From: Picochlorum sp. SENEW3
Lineage: Eukaryota
Direction: 5' to 3'
DNA: 64,000 nt
Assembly: GCA_034226945.1 (NCBI GenBank)
Contig: CP120464.1
Span: 620,001 to 684,000 of the forward strand
Shown here one piece after another: positions 23,057 to 34,736 of this stretch. Made by a program: the position numbers and the translations under genes. Each line of letters begins with the position of its first letter. Positions within the stretch are counted from its first letter, which is position 1. The notes beneath the pieces are model-generated. The model made no database searches. It was given only the letters and a program-made list of their open reading frames with translations, and had not been told where the DNA came from.

Positions 23057-24460
23057 CTAGAGGCGTGCCAGGGCATCTTTGATGGCTCTTCTAAATTCGT
23101 CATGATGTAACACAAAACTGCTCACGTGGCCTCCAGGCACCCATCGCAGTTCTGATCCTTTTAAAAATTTGTGCATTTCATCCACGGATTCCCTCGAGAC
23201 GTATGCATCCTCTGTTGCTGCAACAATAACGCAAGCATCAGGACGGCGTGGCACTGGAAATCTGGTCACATCCGTGTATGTTTCCAAGACCACTTCCAGC
23301 AATGCTACTGACTCTTGAAACTCTAACTCGCTACCATGTGCCGCATCACGTGCCAATAGCTTGGCCATCTGATCACTAAACCCTTTGCTCCAATTAGCCA
23401 ACCAGTTCCCAGTGGCCTTCATCATTCTCTCATTCTTGTTCACCACCGCCCTCGATGCAGAAATTCTACTGCTCGATCTACTTTCTCTATTGACAGCCTC
23501 TAAGAGCTCATCAGACCGCTCCTTGGCATCACGCATCAGCGCGTTCCACCCAGTAGCATGGAAGAGAGCCCCGCTCACGTATGCTGAAGCAGCTGATCGT
23601 GGCGCCAATAACGGTGCCAAGGCGACGTCACCCGGGTATAGAGATGAAATCATACAAGAGTGCACCCCACCCATTGACAGACCTGACACGCCAAGCTTTG
23701 TTTCATCCCCCTCATTCTGCCTCAGCCAGTACAACAAGAACAATGCCTCTTCAATAGTTGCTCTACCAAGGAGAAGCAAATCGCTCACGAAACGCAGCTT
23801 TGCACCCTGTTGGTATGAAGGTTTTCGAAGGCCATAATATGGACTTTCCAAGATCACCGAACCAATCCCATGTTCTCGTGCAAGCGGCACTGCAAGCAGT
23901 GTCTCCCTCCGAGAAAACCCATGGTCCCCTGTAGCTGCCAGGTGCACCACCGTCGGATTACCGCTCAAGTCCCTACTATTTGGCCGTATCCACCTTACAT
24001 GAACGGTTCTAGATTCTACCGGCAACGCATCATACGCTGTCCCCGTACAAGGCGTTTTGAACTTGCCATGAAAAATACTAAAACCATCACCCTTCTTCTC
24101 CCTTTTCCAATCTATTGACACCTCATCAAAGTGGGACGGAGGCCAATGATCGAATCTCTGAACATCCTCATGAAAATTGACCACGTTTAAATCTCCGAAA
24201 CCACCCTGCTGGAAAAACCGTTGGGTGATTCCTAGCTGATGGACAATGGCAGTGTACGCAATGTCCAGCGAACGACCCGTCGTTTCAGCTAATCGCTTTA
24301 TTATCTCCACATTGTTGTTGTTTTCTTTCTTTTCCACGGCAACGCTGGTGTGGAATTGCAAGACAACGCCACCAATGCTGCCGTGGCATGTTAGTTGCGA
24401 TAAGATGACTTGAGCACGTGTGCTCAAGTCTTTTAATGGTCGTCCTCTTGCGAGCAGCAT
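23057..24460 (-). CDS. ABHD18/DUF2048 alpha-beta hydrolase
   Basis: HLAATGDHGF, LESPYYGLRKP, GLSMGG nucleophile and GGHVS. Confidence 0.85.
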   Translation of the reverse strand: MLLARGRPLKDLSTRAQVILSQLTCHGSIGGVVLQFHTSVAVEKKENNNNVEIIKRLAETTGRSLDIAYTAIVHQLGITQRFFQQGGFGDLNVVNFHEDVQRFDHWPPSHFDEVSIDWKREKKGDGFSIFHGKFKTPCTGTAYDALPVESRTVHVRWIRPNSRDLSGNPTVVHLAATGDHGFSRRETLLAVPLAREHGIGSVILESPYYGLRKPSYQQGAKLRFVSDLLLLGRATIEEALFLLYWLRQNEGDETKLGVSGLSMGGVHSCMISSLYPGDVALAPLLAPRSAASAYVSGALFHATGWNALMRDAKERSDELLEAVNRESRSSSRISASRAVVNKNERMMKATGNWLANWSKGFSDQMAKLLARDAAHGSELEFQESVALLEVVLETYTDVTRFPVPRRPDACVIVAATEDAYVSRESVDEMHKFLKGSELRWVPGGHVSSFVLHHDEFRRAIKDALARL

Positions 24461-24523
24461 AAAATATTTATATATAAATGTCTGCACGAATCTGCCGATC
24501 AGGAGAAAAGGAAAAATATTGAC

Positions 24524-24639
24524 TGCATCAAGCAGGATTCGAACCTACGCTCTTTCGAACCAGTGATTTCACCGCCGATCGCGACGGAAGACATCGGTAT
24601 GTCTTGAAACTGGCGCCTTAACCGCTCGGCCATTGATGC
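24524..24639 (-). tRNA. tRNA-Leu(CAA) with a 37-nt intron (24566-24602)
   Basis: Acceptor stem GCATCAA/TTGATGC+A; A-box TGGCCGAGCGG; anticodon arm CCAGT-TT-CAA-G|intron|C-ACTGG; long variable arm; B-box GGTTCGAATCC. Confidence 0.93.
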
Positions 24640-24921
24640 GACAGATTATTGTCAATTTTTAGCAGAATATATCACTCAAATTTTGGGTGCAGGCGTTTTT
24701 CGCAATTTCAAGGCTCGGATGAGCACATATGTTCTCTATTCCTGTTTCAAACCTATTAAAAAATTAAAATTAAAATTAAAATTTTGAGGGGTATGACGTG
24801 CTTACGATGGACATATCACGGTGGAGGCTTTTGATTTACAAAATTCGTGGTACAACAAAAAAAGAATTGGTAGTAGTAATAAAAAAGAAGAGCCTGTAGA
24901 ATACAAAAGAATCTGCTGCTG

Positions 24922-26508
24922 TCATGATATATCCTGGCAGTAGAATCTCCTCAGTACCATTCGCAGACCAATACTGAGGAGATACAAGACACACAACACA
25001 CACACCACCTCCAGGGTGATATGCACCAGCCAGGTGGTCTCATTTCTTGAAATTTGGCCATCATCACGACTACTATATTCGCTTCTATACAGATGAGCTG
25101 CCTCATCTGCTGTATATTGGTATGCTGCAATATCAGAGGATGGGTCAATCTTCACAATGACTACCTCCTTCGCTGGCTGTTTCTTCTTTCCTTTTGGTTT
25201 CTCTAGGACGGGTACTGAGTGAACCATTGGCCTGAAAAAGTGCCAATACCGCCTGTTCCATTCACAGTTCGGCTGCAGGAGCATGTGAGTGAAGGTTCGC
25301 CCATGTTCATCGCCCAACGAGTACTTGGCCTGAGAGGTTCTGTGGATGAAGGCAATTGACCCATCGTCAGGATGGTGTTGAATAAATCCTTGCGGCATGC
25401 TGGACCTAAAGAATCCTCGATACGACAGTCCAACTGAGAGGGGCTGTTGCACCAGGACATACTGATCTTCCTTGCCTGCCATATAAAATGCCGCACGGTA
25501 GGTATCCTTATCTCCATGGGCATATCTATACGTAAATTCATCATGCGTGTTCAGGAACAACAGCCACTCCAGCACATCTGGATGCCTGGTCTTGTCAAAC
25601 AAAAACTGACCACTGTCAGTCTGATACTGCTGCTGCTGCTGCCCCATTCCCAACATGGAAAACAATTTCACACGCGTGCACCATCTATCCGGCCAAAACA
25701 TATTTCCCTTCTTCACAAAATCTGGGTGACGAAACAGACCCTCTGGGTCTTGGGCTGCCATGGCATCGCTGTCCATCAAGACAACTTGGTCATATGGAGA
25801 AGCATACAGAGCAAACACCTTGATCTTGAATCCATTCCAAAAGGAACTGCCATCAGGATTCGGTGGCACCAGCCACCTATGATGCCTCGGATACGCCAAC
25901 GTCGACAGATCCAAAAACGACACGGATGGCGAATCCATATGTCGGTCAAACAAGGTATGGTTCTTCACCTTTTCCAGGTCCCCCCAGTACGCAATGGTCA
26001 CGGGCAATCGACACCCGATGCGATGCCTCAGCACATACAAATTCACAAACGCATTCAGCATCTGATTCTTTCCACCGGCAGGTATCAGGATTCCCCTCGT
26101 CTTTTTTAATTTATTCTTGTCTCCACCATGCCAGCCAGCATGGTCAGGAAAAGACGATGCCAGCTGCTGCTCCATAACCTTTTGATCCCCCACAAACGCC
26201 CTATACACTCCGCTCGATAATCCATTCCACTCCATCAACGCCCGATAGGTTTCAGCACCTCGCAGTGCAATAGCTGAGAACTCTCTGTACCCACACCACA
26301 GTGTCACCAAGAGGGTCACCACAAAAATCAGAGGAGCCTTATTCCCCACCATCGTCAGTATCTTATTAAACAGTGGCCTTGTTTCATTTCTTCGTTTCGA
26401 TTTCATACATTCATCATCAGTGCTACGGTCCATCGATACAATGTCGCCTACTCGTGTACTAGGACAACTGATCGGCGACGAGCGCCCACTACTGCTGCTA
26501 CTATTCAT
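24922..26508 (-). CDS. GT71 (MNN-type) alpha-mannosyltransferase-like protein
   Basis: GILIPAGG; KIKVFALYAS..VVLMDSD (DxD); MFWPD; DSGQ; HGDKDTY; N- and C-terminal TM segments. Confidence 0.8.
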   Translation of the reverse strand: MNSSSSSGRSSPISCPSTRVGDIVSMDRSTDDECMKSKRRNETRPLFNKILTMVGNKAPLIFVVTLLVTLWCGYREFSAIALRGAETYRALMEWNGLSSGVYRAFVGDQKVMEQQLASSFPDHAGWHGGDKNKLKKTRGILIPAGGKNQMLNAFVNLYVLRHRIGCRLPVTIAYWGDLEKVKNHTLFDRHMDSPSVSFLDLSTLAYPRHHRWLVPPNPDGSSFWNGFKIKVFALYASPYDQVVLMDSDAMAAQDPEGLFRHPDFVKKGNMFWPDRWCTRVKLFSMLGMGQQQQQYQTDSGQFLFDKTRHPDVLEWLLFLNTHDEFTYRYAHGDKDTYRAAFYMAGKEDQYVLVQQPLSVGLSYRGFFRSSMPQGFIQHHPDDGSIAFIHRTSQAKYSLGDEHGRTFTHMLLQPNCEWNRRYWHFFRPMVHSVPVLEKPKGKKKQPAKEVVIVKIDPSSDIAAYQYTADEAAHLYRSEYSSRDDGQISRNETTWLVHITLEVVCVLCVLYLLSIGLRMVLRRFYCQDIS

Positions 26509-26948
26509 CTATTTCTCTTCTTTATTGTTAATACAACAATAATATCCCATATACATGCCGAGGACGGACAGTCTGGAGTACATCTGATTACCCTTGAGTG
26601 GGTCGTTGGAACAAATTCACTTCAGGGTGTTACAACATCCTGTTTCAGTGGCCACGAATGGAAAAAGAATTCATTCTGTATTCAGACATACAGGTATGGT
26701 CTGATCAACGTTTGTGTTGGAGGGGGTATCAACGCATGCGCGTAGCGTCATCTTGTACTGCCAAGACAGGTCGGTCAGGTCAATGCCGGGACCGGATTGA
26801 ATACCTTGGCAGGCATGGAGACCATCTCCTTGCTTGACAAAGATTCCTTGGTACCATGATAGATTCCTTGATACAGGAGACATGAGACAATGTCACATCC
26901 AATGTTCGACTCGAATTACACACATATGATGGCACAAAAATACATGTA

Positions 26949-27756
26949 TTAGGCCAGGCTTTGATCGAACTGGAACACGCCCAAGCCCTTGCCAACCCTC
27001 CTCAACTGAGACACTTTTTCAGCCATCTCGTACACAGAGTCTGCCTGATCCGCCAACAGCGATCCTTCCACGAAATCACACATCTGGGCGTCACCATGTT
27101 TGTCCGCAATATCGTGCAATTCACGCAACTTTTGGAAATTGAGCTTTTCCAGAGACAGGGCGAGCTCAAAGGCGTACAGGGCATCCCCCTTGTCTCCATG
27201 ATCAAAATCCGTGTGAGGAGGCAAGATACTCTGAAGCGATACGCGCCCTCCCCTCTTGATCTGATAGTCCATCAACAGCTCGGCGTGGCTCCTCTCCTCC
27301 GCAGACTCCTTCTTGAAGAGCTCTGCAATCCCTGGGAGCCCCACATTGTCCCTCGCAAAGTAGGTGTACATGGCATGGTACACATAACTCACATTATACT
27401 CGACATTAATCTGCTCATTGATGGCAGCCTCGCACTCTGGATGAAAATCAGTGCGAGCATATGACTCGTTCAATGGAGCCTTGTCCACGACAGCCAGCTC
27501 GCTCTCCACGGCAGAAAATGGCTCAAAGACCACCCCAGTCATGCTTGCTGCGTCCTGTTTCCCACTCGCAGGGCACCACACACACACCCTGCATTGCCAA
27601 TCAAAGTGAACTATGACGCAACCATATGTGTTTATGAAATATATCCCATCACACGTACCTGGATGGTCTGCTCGTGTTTGTCACGAGGCCTCGACCACGT
27701 TGTTGATGCCCAATGGAGGCAATTCTACTCGTAGACACCCTTGTTCCACACGACAT
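26949..27756 (-). CDS. FER: Ferritin, plastid-type (one intron)
   Basis: INEQINVEYNVSYVYHAM, EERSHAELL, ALSLEK and LRRVGKGLGVFQFD; first exon MSCGTRVS... is transit-peptide-like. Confidence 0.92.
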
Positions 27757-28329
27757 CCTGATACAAATGAATGAATTGATCAATAAATATACAATATTCG
27801 CTGTCGATGTTCTGCGGTTGGACAGATGTACCATCAACAGGTTTGCTTTTTTTTTTTCCCTCTCTTCCTCCATCTCCGGAGATGGAGATCAAGGATCCTT
27901 GATACACACACCGTGTGTCACGCGTACGCCCTGCGCATGCACATGCGTGTCTCTCATCACAGGATGAATGGAATCTCTCCTGGTGAGACGCATGCATTCC
28001 TCTCCCTCCGGTGGGGGAATCTCTCTCCCTCTGGGGAGGGAGGAGATGCCAAATGTACATTTTTGGTGGCATCTCGCCCTTCACACTGCAACGTCGACCG
28101 GTGCATTGGACGTGTGTATGCCTATGTGACGTCATACAGTCATGTGTGCAGATATTGCGAAAAAGAAAGAATGTTTTGTTGTGCTCATTTATTGACACGA
28201 GGATCATCATCGCAAGTCCGTGTTGTTCTTGGAAAACAACCAGGTGCTGGGGGCACGATCAACACCAGTAGACGAGTTGGGGTTCCTTTCACAGCGACAG
28301 TGCGTGTTTTTCAAAGTAGAAGAAGAGTT

Positions 28330-29448
28330 ATGGAACAGACAAAGGATCAGTTCGCAGAGCACATGGGCATGGGTGGGGCAACGGAGGAGGAGGTCAAGTC
28401 CACAGTGCAGCAGTATTATGGGCAGGAATTGAAGACGACCGAGGATTTGAAGACATCGGCGTGTTGTACGGCCAAGCCTCCTTCTCCAGTTGTGAGGGAT
28501 ATTTTGAAAAGGGTACCGGACGAGGTTGTGGCCAAGTATTATGGGTGTGGTTCTCCATTTCCTGTGGGGATTGGTGGGTTGAGGGTGTTGGACTTGGGAA
28601 GTGGCAGTGGGCGTGACTGCTATGTGTGTGCGGGTCTTGTGGGGGAGAGTGGGAGTGTTGTGGGTGTGGATATGACGCGGGAGCAGTTGGATGTGGCGGA
28701 GGCGTATGCAGAAACGTTCTGTAAGGAGACGCTTGGGTATGCTGCGACAAATCTGCGGTTTGTGGAGGGAGAGATTGAAAATCTTGAAAAGGCAGGGATC
28801 GAAGATAACAGTATTGATCTGATCATCTCGAATTGTGTGGTGAATTTGTCGCCGAATAAAGAAGCTGTGTTGAAGGAGGCGTACAGGGTGTTGGCTCAGG
28901 GAGGTGAAATGTTCTTCTCTGATGTGTACTGCGACAGGAGGCTTCCTGCCGAAGCTCGAAGGCACCCAGTGTTGGTGGGAGAGTGCTTGGGAGGGGCCCT
29001 GTATGAGCAGGACTTCTTGAGGCTTGCTCGCTCTGTGGGTTTTACAGACCCCAGAATGTTTGCTGCTCCAGAGGTGATTGAGGTGAAGGATACAGTGTTG
29101 AAGGATATTTTGGGGGAGGCGACGTTCTATTCCATCACGTATAGGTTGTTCAAATTGCCCGGTCGCTTGGAGACGTTGTGCGAGGATTACGGGCAGGCAG
29201 CGAGGTACAAGGGGACCATGGAGGGTGCCCCTCATGCTTGCGTGTTGGATGATCACCACGTATTTGAGACCGGGAAGTGGTACGAAGTATGCGGAAATAC
29301 CGCGTCCATGGTCGGAGAGAGCTGGATGGGGAAGCATTTTGAGATTATAGGGGATAGAAGTAGGCATTATGGATTGTTTGGAGGATGCGGGGATGCGCCT
29401 TCCTCCACTCCAAAGGATGCCGAGACGGGTGGAGGAGGTTGCTGTTGA
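28330..29448 (+). CDS. arsM: Arsenite S-adenosylmethionine methyltransferase
   Basis: LKTSACC, KYYGCG, LDLGSGSGRDC, ISNCVVNL and VGECLGGAL; C-terminal CC. Confidence 0.92.
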   Translation: MEQTKDQFAEHMGMGGATEEEVKSTVQQYYGQELKTTEDLKTSACCTAKPPSPVVRDILKRVPDEVVAKYYGCGSPFPVGIGGLRVLDLGSGSGRDCYVCAGLVGESGSVVGVDMTREQLDVAEAYAETFCKETLGYAATNLRFVEGEIENLEKAGIEDNSIDLIISNCVVNLSPNKEAVLKEAYRVLAQGGEMFFSDVYCDRRLPAEARRHPVLVGECLGGALYEQDFLRLARSVGFTDPRMFAAPEVIEVKDTVLKDILGEATFYSITYRLFKLPGRLETLCEDYGQAARYKGTMEGAPHACVLDDHHVFETGKWYEVCGNTASMVGESWMGKHFEIIGDRSRHYGLFGGCGDAPSSTPKDAETGGGGCC

Positions 29449-29522
29449 TTGCCCAGCATGGCTTTTTTGCAACTATAATATCAAAGATGTATTAACTTGC
29501 TTACATGTTAAAGTAACCTGTC

Positions 29523-30633
29523 TTACTCCTCCTGTCTGTCCGACAAGATGGTGGCAATTTTCTGCAACCACACCGTCTTGCTCTCCTTGTCAAGTGGCCA
29601 CAGATGGTTGCCATCAATCATGTCGATCTGAAAAGTGCGTGACGTGAATGCAGCCCATCCCATGACATGATGTTCTTTTATACGCCTATCTTTACTCCCC
29701 CAGAACGCGTATATCGGCATATCCAAGGGTTTGGTGTCACTGTGAAACTGGTATTCATCGAAGAGCGTAAAATCATCCCGAAGAAGTGGCTGGTACATGG
29801 GCCACATGGCTTCCGAGAAGACCACGTCCGAGATGTCCCATTCTCTGCATTCTTCTTTGAATTGCTGCTCGTTTAAACCCTTCTGTTGTCTCCATGGCCT
29901 GTCTTCAAAAGGAATATCAGGGGATGCCATGGCTGACAAGAATGCAACCTGTGGCAAGGGCACCCCACGTTCCTTGCACAGCATCAAAAACTCGTACGAT
30001 ATCCAAGTCCCAACACTGTGAGCAACTAGTACCCAAGGGATGCTGGGATCACTCAGCGATGGAGCCAGTACCGGGAAGAGTGCCTCTGCCATGGCTTGTG
30101 CTGCGGTTATCCTTGCCTCCTTCATCCTCATACCCCTCCCCGGATACTGTGGGGCCAGGCATTCCGCCTTGTTTTCCTTACACCAGGATAGCAATGGACT
30201 TGGCACTTTCCGTACCCCGGTACCCTCGCTTGTGTACATGTCTTCTGCATTCCCTGCATTTGGGAAGCACACAATTCTCAGGGAAGGTTTGCCACCGTCC
30301 ACACGTGTTCCACTCCTCTTCAGCCCCGGGAACCATAGATTGAACTCCTCTTCTGACGGATGTGGCATGAGTGGCACAGGGATGTCACTCCCTTTGCTCG
30401 AAAAATATCGTTTGATATCGTCCTCTGACCACTGCTTTGACGCGTGTGCTGGCGGGGGAGGAATGTCTATTCCATCTGCCTCTGCATCCTCTTGCAAAAT
30501 CTACAATCGTAATGTTATGAGTCAAAGTATCGATAAAGATATCATCATGTCAGGAAATGCGTGGACAACGAAGACGCACCTCTATCAGATTAATCCTTCT
30601 GACCTCGTCGTCGCTTGGGGGAGACGTAGGCAT
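29523..30633 (-). CDS. Type II thioesterase-like alpha/beta hydrolase (one intron near the 5' end)
   Basis: CFPNAG, QYPGRG, AHSVG nucleophile, LRDDF and DGNH. Confidence 0.78.
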
Positions 30634-30790
30634 GTCTTTTTCAATCGCTGTATTGTTTCAGCAGAAATATTAATAAATAAATAGATAAATACTACTTTGT
30701 CCTGGAGGGCGGCAACCGAACAGAGAAAACACGAGAGCACCCGTTGACCATGGAAAAAGTCAAAACAAGAGTGCAAATGTGACACGATCA

Positions 30791-31753
30791 TCAAGAATGG
30801 GCCGCTTTGAGCAGCTGCACCAGCAGAAGACCAGCCACGGCGGCCAGCAGGATGTTCATACCATAGAAGAAGTTTGCATTGCCAACATTGTACTGGATCC
30901 ACAACTGGTACGCAGCAACATTCATACCAGTGACGATACAGAATGCCAACACGAGTACATGCACTGGTGCTGTATTGCCCTTTTCCAGGCTCAAAACGAG
31001 CCCCATCCAAAGAGCACACATGGAAGCGGAGGGTGTGGTGTTGAGCAAGGTGCACAGTATTCCATGGCATGCAAACATCAATACCAAGTTCTGCCTGCCA
31101 CGAAAACGGATGCACATGCCAAAGGACATCAACAGGCCCATGAGAACGATGACCTGAGAAAAATACTTTCTAAATGATGGAAATACTTGCGCCATCAAGT
31201 ACCAGTGCAGATCCACCGTAGGCTGTATCGTCTCAAAGCTGCGACTGCCAAGTGCATCACCTCTCTTCAGAAACACCGTACACAGACCGAGTATGTCCCA
31301 TTTCCGAGACGATGATATCACCATTGTTTGAATAATGGGCCCCATCATCCACCTCATCTGCCCCAGGTCGACCATGGCATAGAGACCTAAAAGCAACCAC
31401 TGAAGTCTTCTCGCTCCTGGAGAAGCCAATACAGCGAGCACGATTGCATTACAGGCCATGCCTTTGAAGCCACATAGCGCTGAAATGATATTGAAAGGAT
31501 TCCAATAGTACATTCCCTCTATCCGCGTGCCTCCAATTCTCCCCATTAGCGATGTGGCTATGGCGTGACACACCGCACTGACCGCATCTTCAACCAACCT
31601 CTGCTGAGGGATCGCCACCTCGTCATATAAACCAGGGGACCACTCGAGCAGCCGCACTATATGCCTAAAGTCCCATATTCGTAGGGCTTGTAACAAAAAG
31701 AAGTAAATAATCGAATTTCGACGGAAACTTTGAAATTCAGCTTGGTGCGTCAT
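30791..31753 (-). CDS. GPI transamidase subunit PIG-U-like
   Basis: YYWNPFNI; PTVDLHWYLMAQVFPSFRKYF; LWIQYNVGNANFFYG. Confidence 0.75.
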   Translation of the reverse strand: MTHQAEFQSFRRNSIIYFFLLQALRIWDFRHIVRLLEWSPGLYDEVAIPQQRLVEDAVSAVCHAIATSLMGRIGGTRIEGMYYWNPFNIISALCGFKGMACNAIVLAVLASPGARRLQWLLLGLYAMVDLGQMRWMMGPIIQTMVISSSRKWDILGLCTVFLKRGDALGSRSFETIQPTVDLHWYLMAQVFPSFRKYFSQVIVLMGLLMSFGMCIRFRGRQNLVLMFACHGILCTLLNTTPSASMCALWMGLVLSLEKGNTAPVHVLVLAFCIVTGMNVAAYQLWIQYNVGNANFFYGMNILLAAVAGLLLVQLLKAAHS

Positions 31754-32276
31754 TCCTCCTTTCTTGCTTCTAGAACGACAGTCCGCCGTCGATATTCAAC
31801 AGTCAGAGGTTCAGTTGCCATGCTTTGCTTCAGAAATGCTCATGACGAATCGAACGAATGAATGGCGTATTTCTTCGCAGTTTTTCTTAAAACAAACATT
31901 AGATGAAAATTTTCATTTTTTAATTTAAATTACGGTATTACGGTAAGGCGCGCTCTCCGTAAATTGAAATTAACAAAAGATGCTCTGTTGGGAGGAATCT
32001 TTTGCATGCAAGCGAAAGATTCCAATGCTGCAGAATTTACGCCGTGCATTCCGACGGGTACAGGTGTTCAGAATAACAATAAAATTCCTCAATCATCACT
32101 TGCGAAAAGTGGTACAATAAGCATTGACACTGTCTAGCAGTCTGAAAGCTTCTGCAGTGTTCAACTTGCTGACGAATCTGTGCAACTTTCCAGGAGTCTG
32201 CGCAGTCGAACCCAATTACATCGTCTCGAATAATACGCTGTTGCTATTGCAAACATTCGGAATATAATAATTCGCC

Positions 32277-34533
32277 ATGGTCTGGAGTAATTTCACTTGG
32301 AGTACGTTGCAATTTCCCAATTCCTTGCTGCATTTCTGGACGTTCCTGGTACCAAGGCATCTTTTGTGGAATCCGCCGCCGGTAGATTCTTCTCCGTACT
32401 GTACCACATGACTTATACCATTGTTATCGTGATGCAGTCTTCGTGTGCTCCATCTTCCTCGCCTTTTTCGTGGCTTGGGGTATCGGAGCCAATGATGTTG
32501 CCAACTCTTTCGCCACATCTGTTGGATCAAAAGCTCTATCGCTAAAACAAGCCGTCCTAGTGGCGGCAATATTCGAGTTTGGAGGAGCCATGTTGTTGGG
32601 ATCTGGTGTGACGTCCACCATTCGTAAGGGTATTGCCAAGCCAGAGGCTTTTACATATAGTCCTGAATTGCTCATGTATGGAATGTTGTGCGCCTTGCTG
32701 TCCGCTGGGTTGTGGTTGGCACTCGCCACCTTCCTGGAGCTTCCAGTGTCCACCACTCACAGTATGGTGGGTGCCATCATCGGAATGTCCATGATTGCTG
32801 CCGGAGCTGACTCTGTTGTGTGGTACAAAGCACCAGAAGGAGGTGACAACCCATTCCCCGGAGGAGTTGTGTCCATCATTTTGGCATGGATCATCACCCC
32901 TTGTATGGCTGCTACTGTGGCTGGACTCTTGTTTGTCTTCACCAAGGTCGTTGTCCTCAACGCCCGCAATCCTTTCAGAATGTCTTTGTTCCTCTTCCCA
33001 TTGTACACATTCATTACCGCCTGGGTCATCACCTACTTTGTGATCCAGAAGGGAGTCAATGGATGGATGAAGAATGAGACATACACTGGTACCTTGGCTG
33101 ACCCACCATCTTGCCCACCAGGTGGAAGCCCAACAAAGGATGCCAAAATTTCGAGCGATGTCTGCGACGGCGAGGAGGGTAACTTCACCTTGAAGACTCC
33201 AGAGAATATCGAGGTCACACAGACCGGATGCAAGATTCCAGATGGAACCGCAGCTTGGATTGCTGCTGTGACGGCAGCAGTATGCTCTGTTGTGGTCATC
33301 TTTGGCCTCAGGCTGGTGATCAAGCTCGTCAACAAAGATATGGAATTGTACGAGAAGCAGGTTGCTGCTGTTGAGGCCAAGGCTGCCGGAGGCATTGAAG
33401 AGGGAGAGAAGGATGGAGAGCCATCCGAAGAGTCTGATGACTTTGAGCCTGGAAAGCCAAGAGGAAGAACACCAGGTGCCTTGGCTGATATGCGCAAGTC
33501 TAGAGTGTGGAAGGCCCTTGGCAATGGTGTCAACCAGGACATCCACAAGATTGCCGAGACTGATGCCAAGATCAAGGAAATTCACGAGGGTGCCCAGGTC
33601 TTTGACGTGAAGACCGAGTTCTCTTTCAAGTACCTCCAGGTCATTACTGCCTGTGCTAATGCCTTTGCTCACGGTGCCAACGATGTGGCAAACTCCATCG
33701 GTTCATTTGCTGCAATTTATGCAATCTGGCAATGCGAATGTGCTGACTCCAAGGCACAGGTCCCAATTTGGATGTTTGTCATCGGAGGAATTGGAATCGT
33801 CGTTGGTCTTGGCACATATGGATACAAGATTGTCCGTGCACTTGGCGTGAAGATGGTCAAGGTGACAAATTCCAGAGGATACTGTGCAGAGTTGACCTCC
33901 TCCATTATTGTTATTGTTGCCTCCAGATATGGATTCCCAGTGTCGACGACACAGGTGATCACTGGAGCCATCACTGGAATTGGTCTCGTTGAGGTTATCA
34001 GCGCAAAGATGAGAAAGGAAGCACACCCAGGGTCTCGCTACAACTGGTTGCTGTTGATCAAGTTCTTCTCTGGGTGGGTGGCCACCATTGTCATTGCTGC
34101 CTTGGTTGCTGCTGCATTCACAGCCCAGGGTATCTATGCACCATACAGGAATGGAACTGATGACCGTGCCAACTTCAACGCTGCCTTCAACGAAGTGAAC
34201 GAGGGAATTGCCAACACATTGATTGCTGCAGGAAACGTCACAAACCCAACAGCTGACCAGGAGGAGGTCTACAACTGGGGTCTCACCATTGCCAGATTGA
34301 ATGAGGAGATTGCTGATTCTGGTAACTACATGTTATTGGATCCAAACGCCTACCTGTCCGTGTACAACAACGGTACATACTTCTTGGGTAATGCAACCCT
34401 CCTCGGCGTCCTCGACAATACATTTGCCCCAGTGATGCCACTGCAGTCTGACAGTCTCCCAGTCGTGTACCCTGAAAGTACGTGTGACTTGGAGGTCCCA
34501 GAGAATCTTTTGGAAGCTGCTGGACTGAACTAG
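32277..34533 (+). CDS. PiT/PHO4-family (PTB-type) Na+/phosphate symporter; intron 32302-32437
   Basis: Two GANDVANS signatures; PVSTTH and PVSTTQ; exon 1 MVWSNFTW splices in frame to IFVCSIFLAFF. Confidence 0.93.
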
Positions 34534-34736
34534 GTTGATTAGTTCCAGTTTCGGTTGTGTTCTTCATAAATTTTTTAACTCAATTTGAGCGCACTCGCAT
34601 CATCAGTGCTGGGGGTTCTTTTGGATAGCGTAAGCTCCCACCTGTCAGGCGTGTTACTATAAATTATATATTGCTAGTTAGTTTGAGGTAACAATATTTT
34701 GACATCGCGAAAATTTAAATATCAATGGATCAGTGA

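Noticed and set aside
26555..26870. Possible small spliced gene between GT71 and ferritin
   Set aside because: There are some splice-like signals, but I could not assemble a convincing frame or a recognisable product.
28207..29472. 421-aa antisense ORF over ArsM (likewise 32557-33672 over PTB and 25447-26109 over GT71)
   Set aside because: These are shadow ORFs caused by codon bias on the coding strand and contain no recognisable motifs.
29440..29480. Selenocysteine read-through at the ArsM ...GCC-TGA
   Set aside because: A terminal Cys-Cys pair is ordinary for ArsM. The 3' gap before the convergent gene is only ~75 bp and I see no SECIS core.
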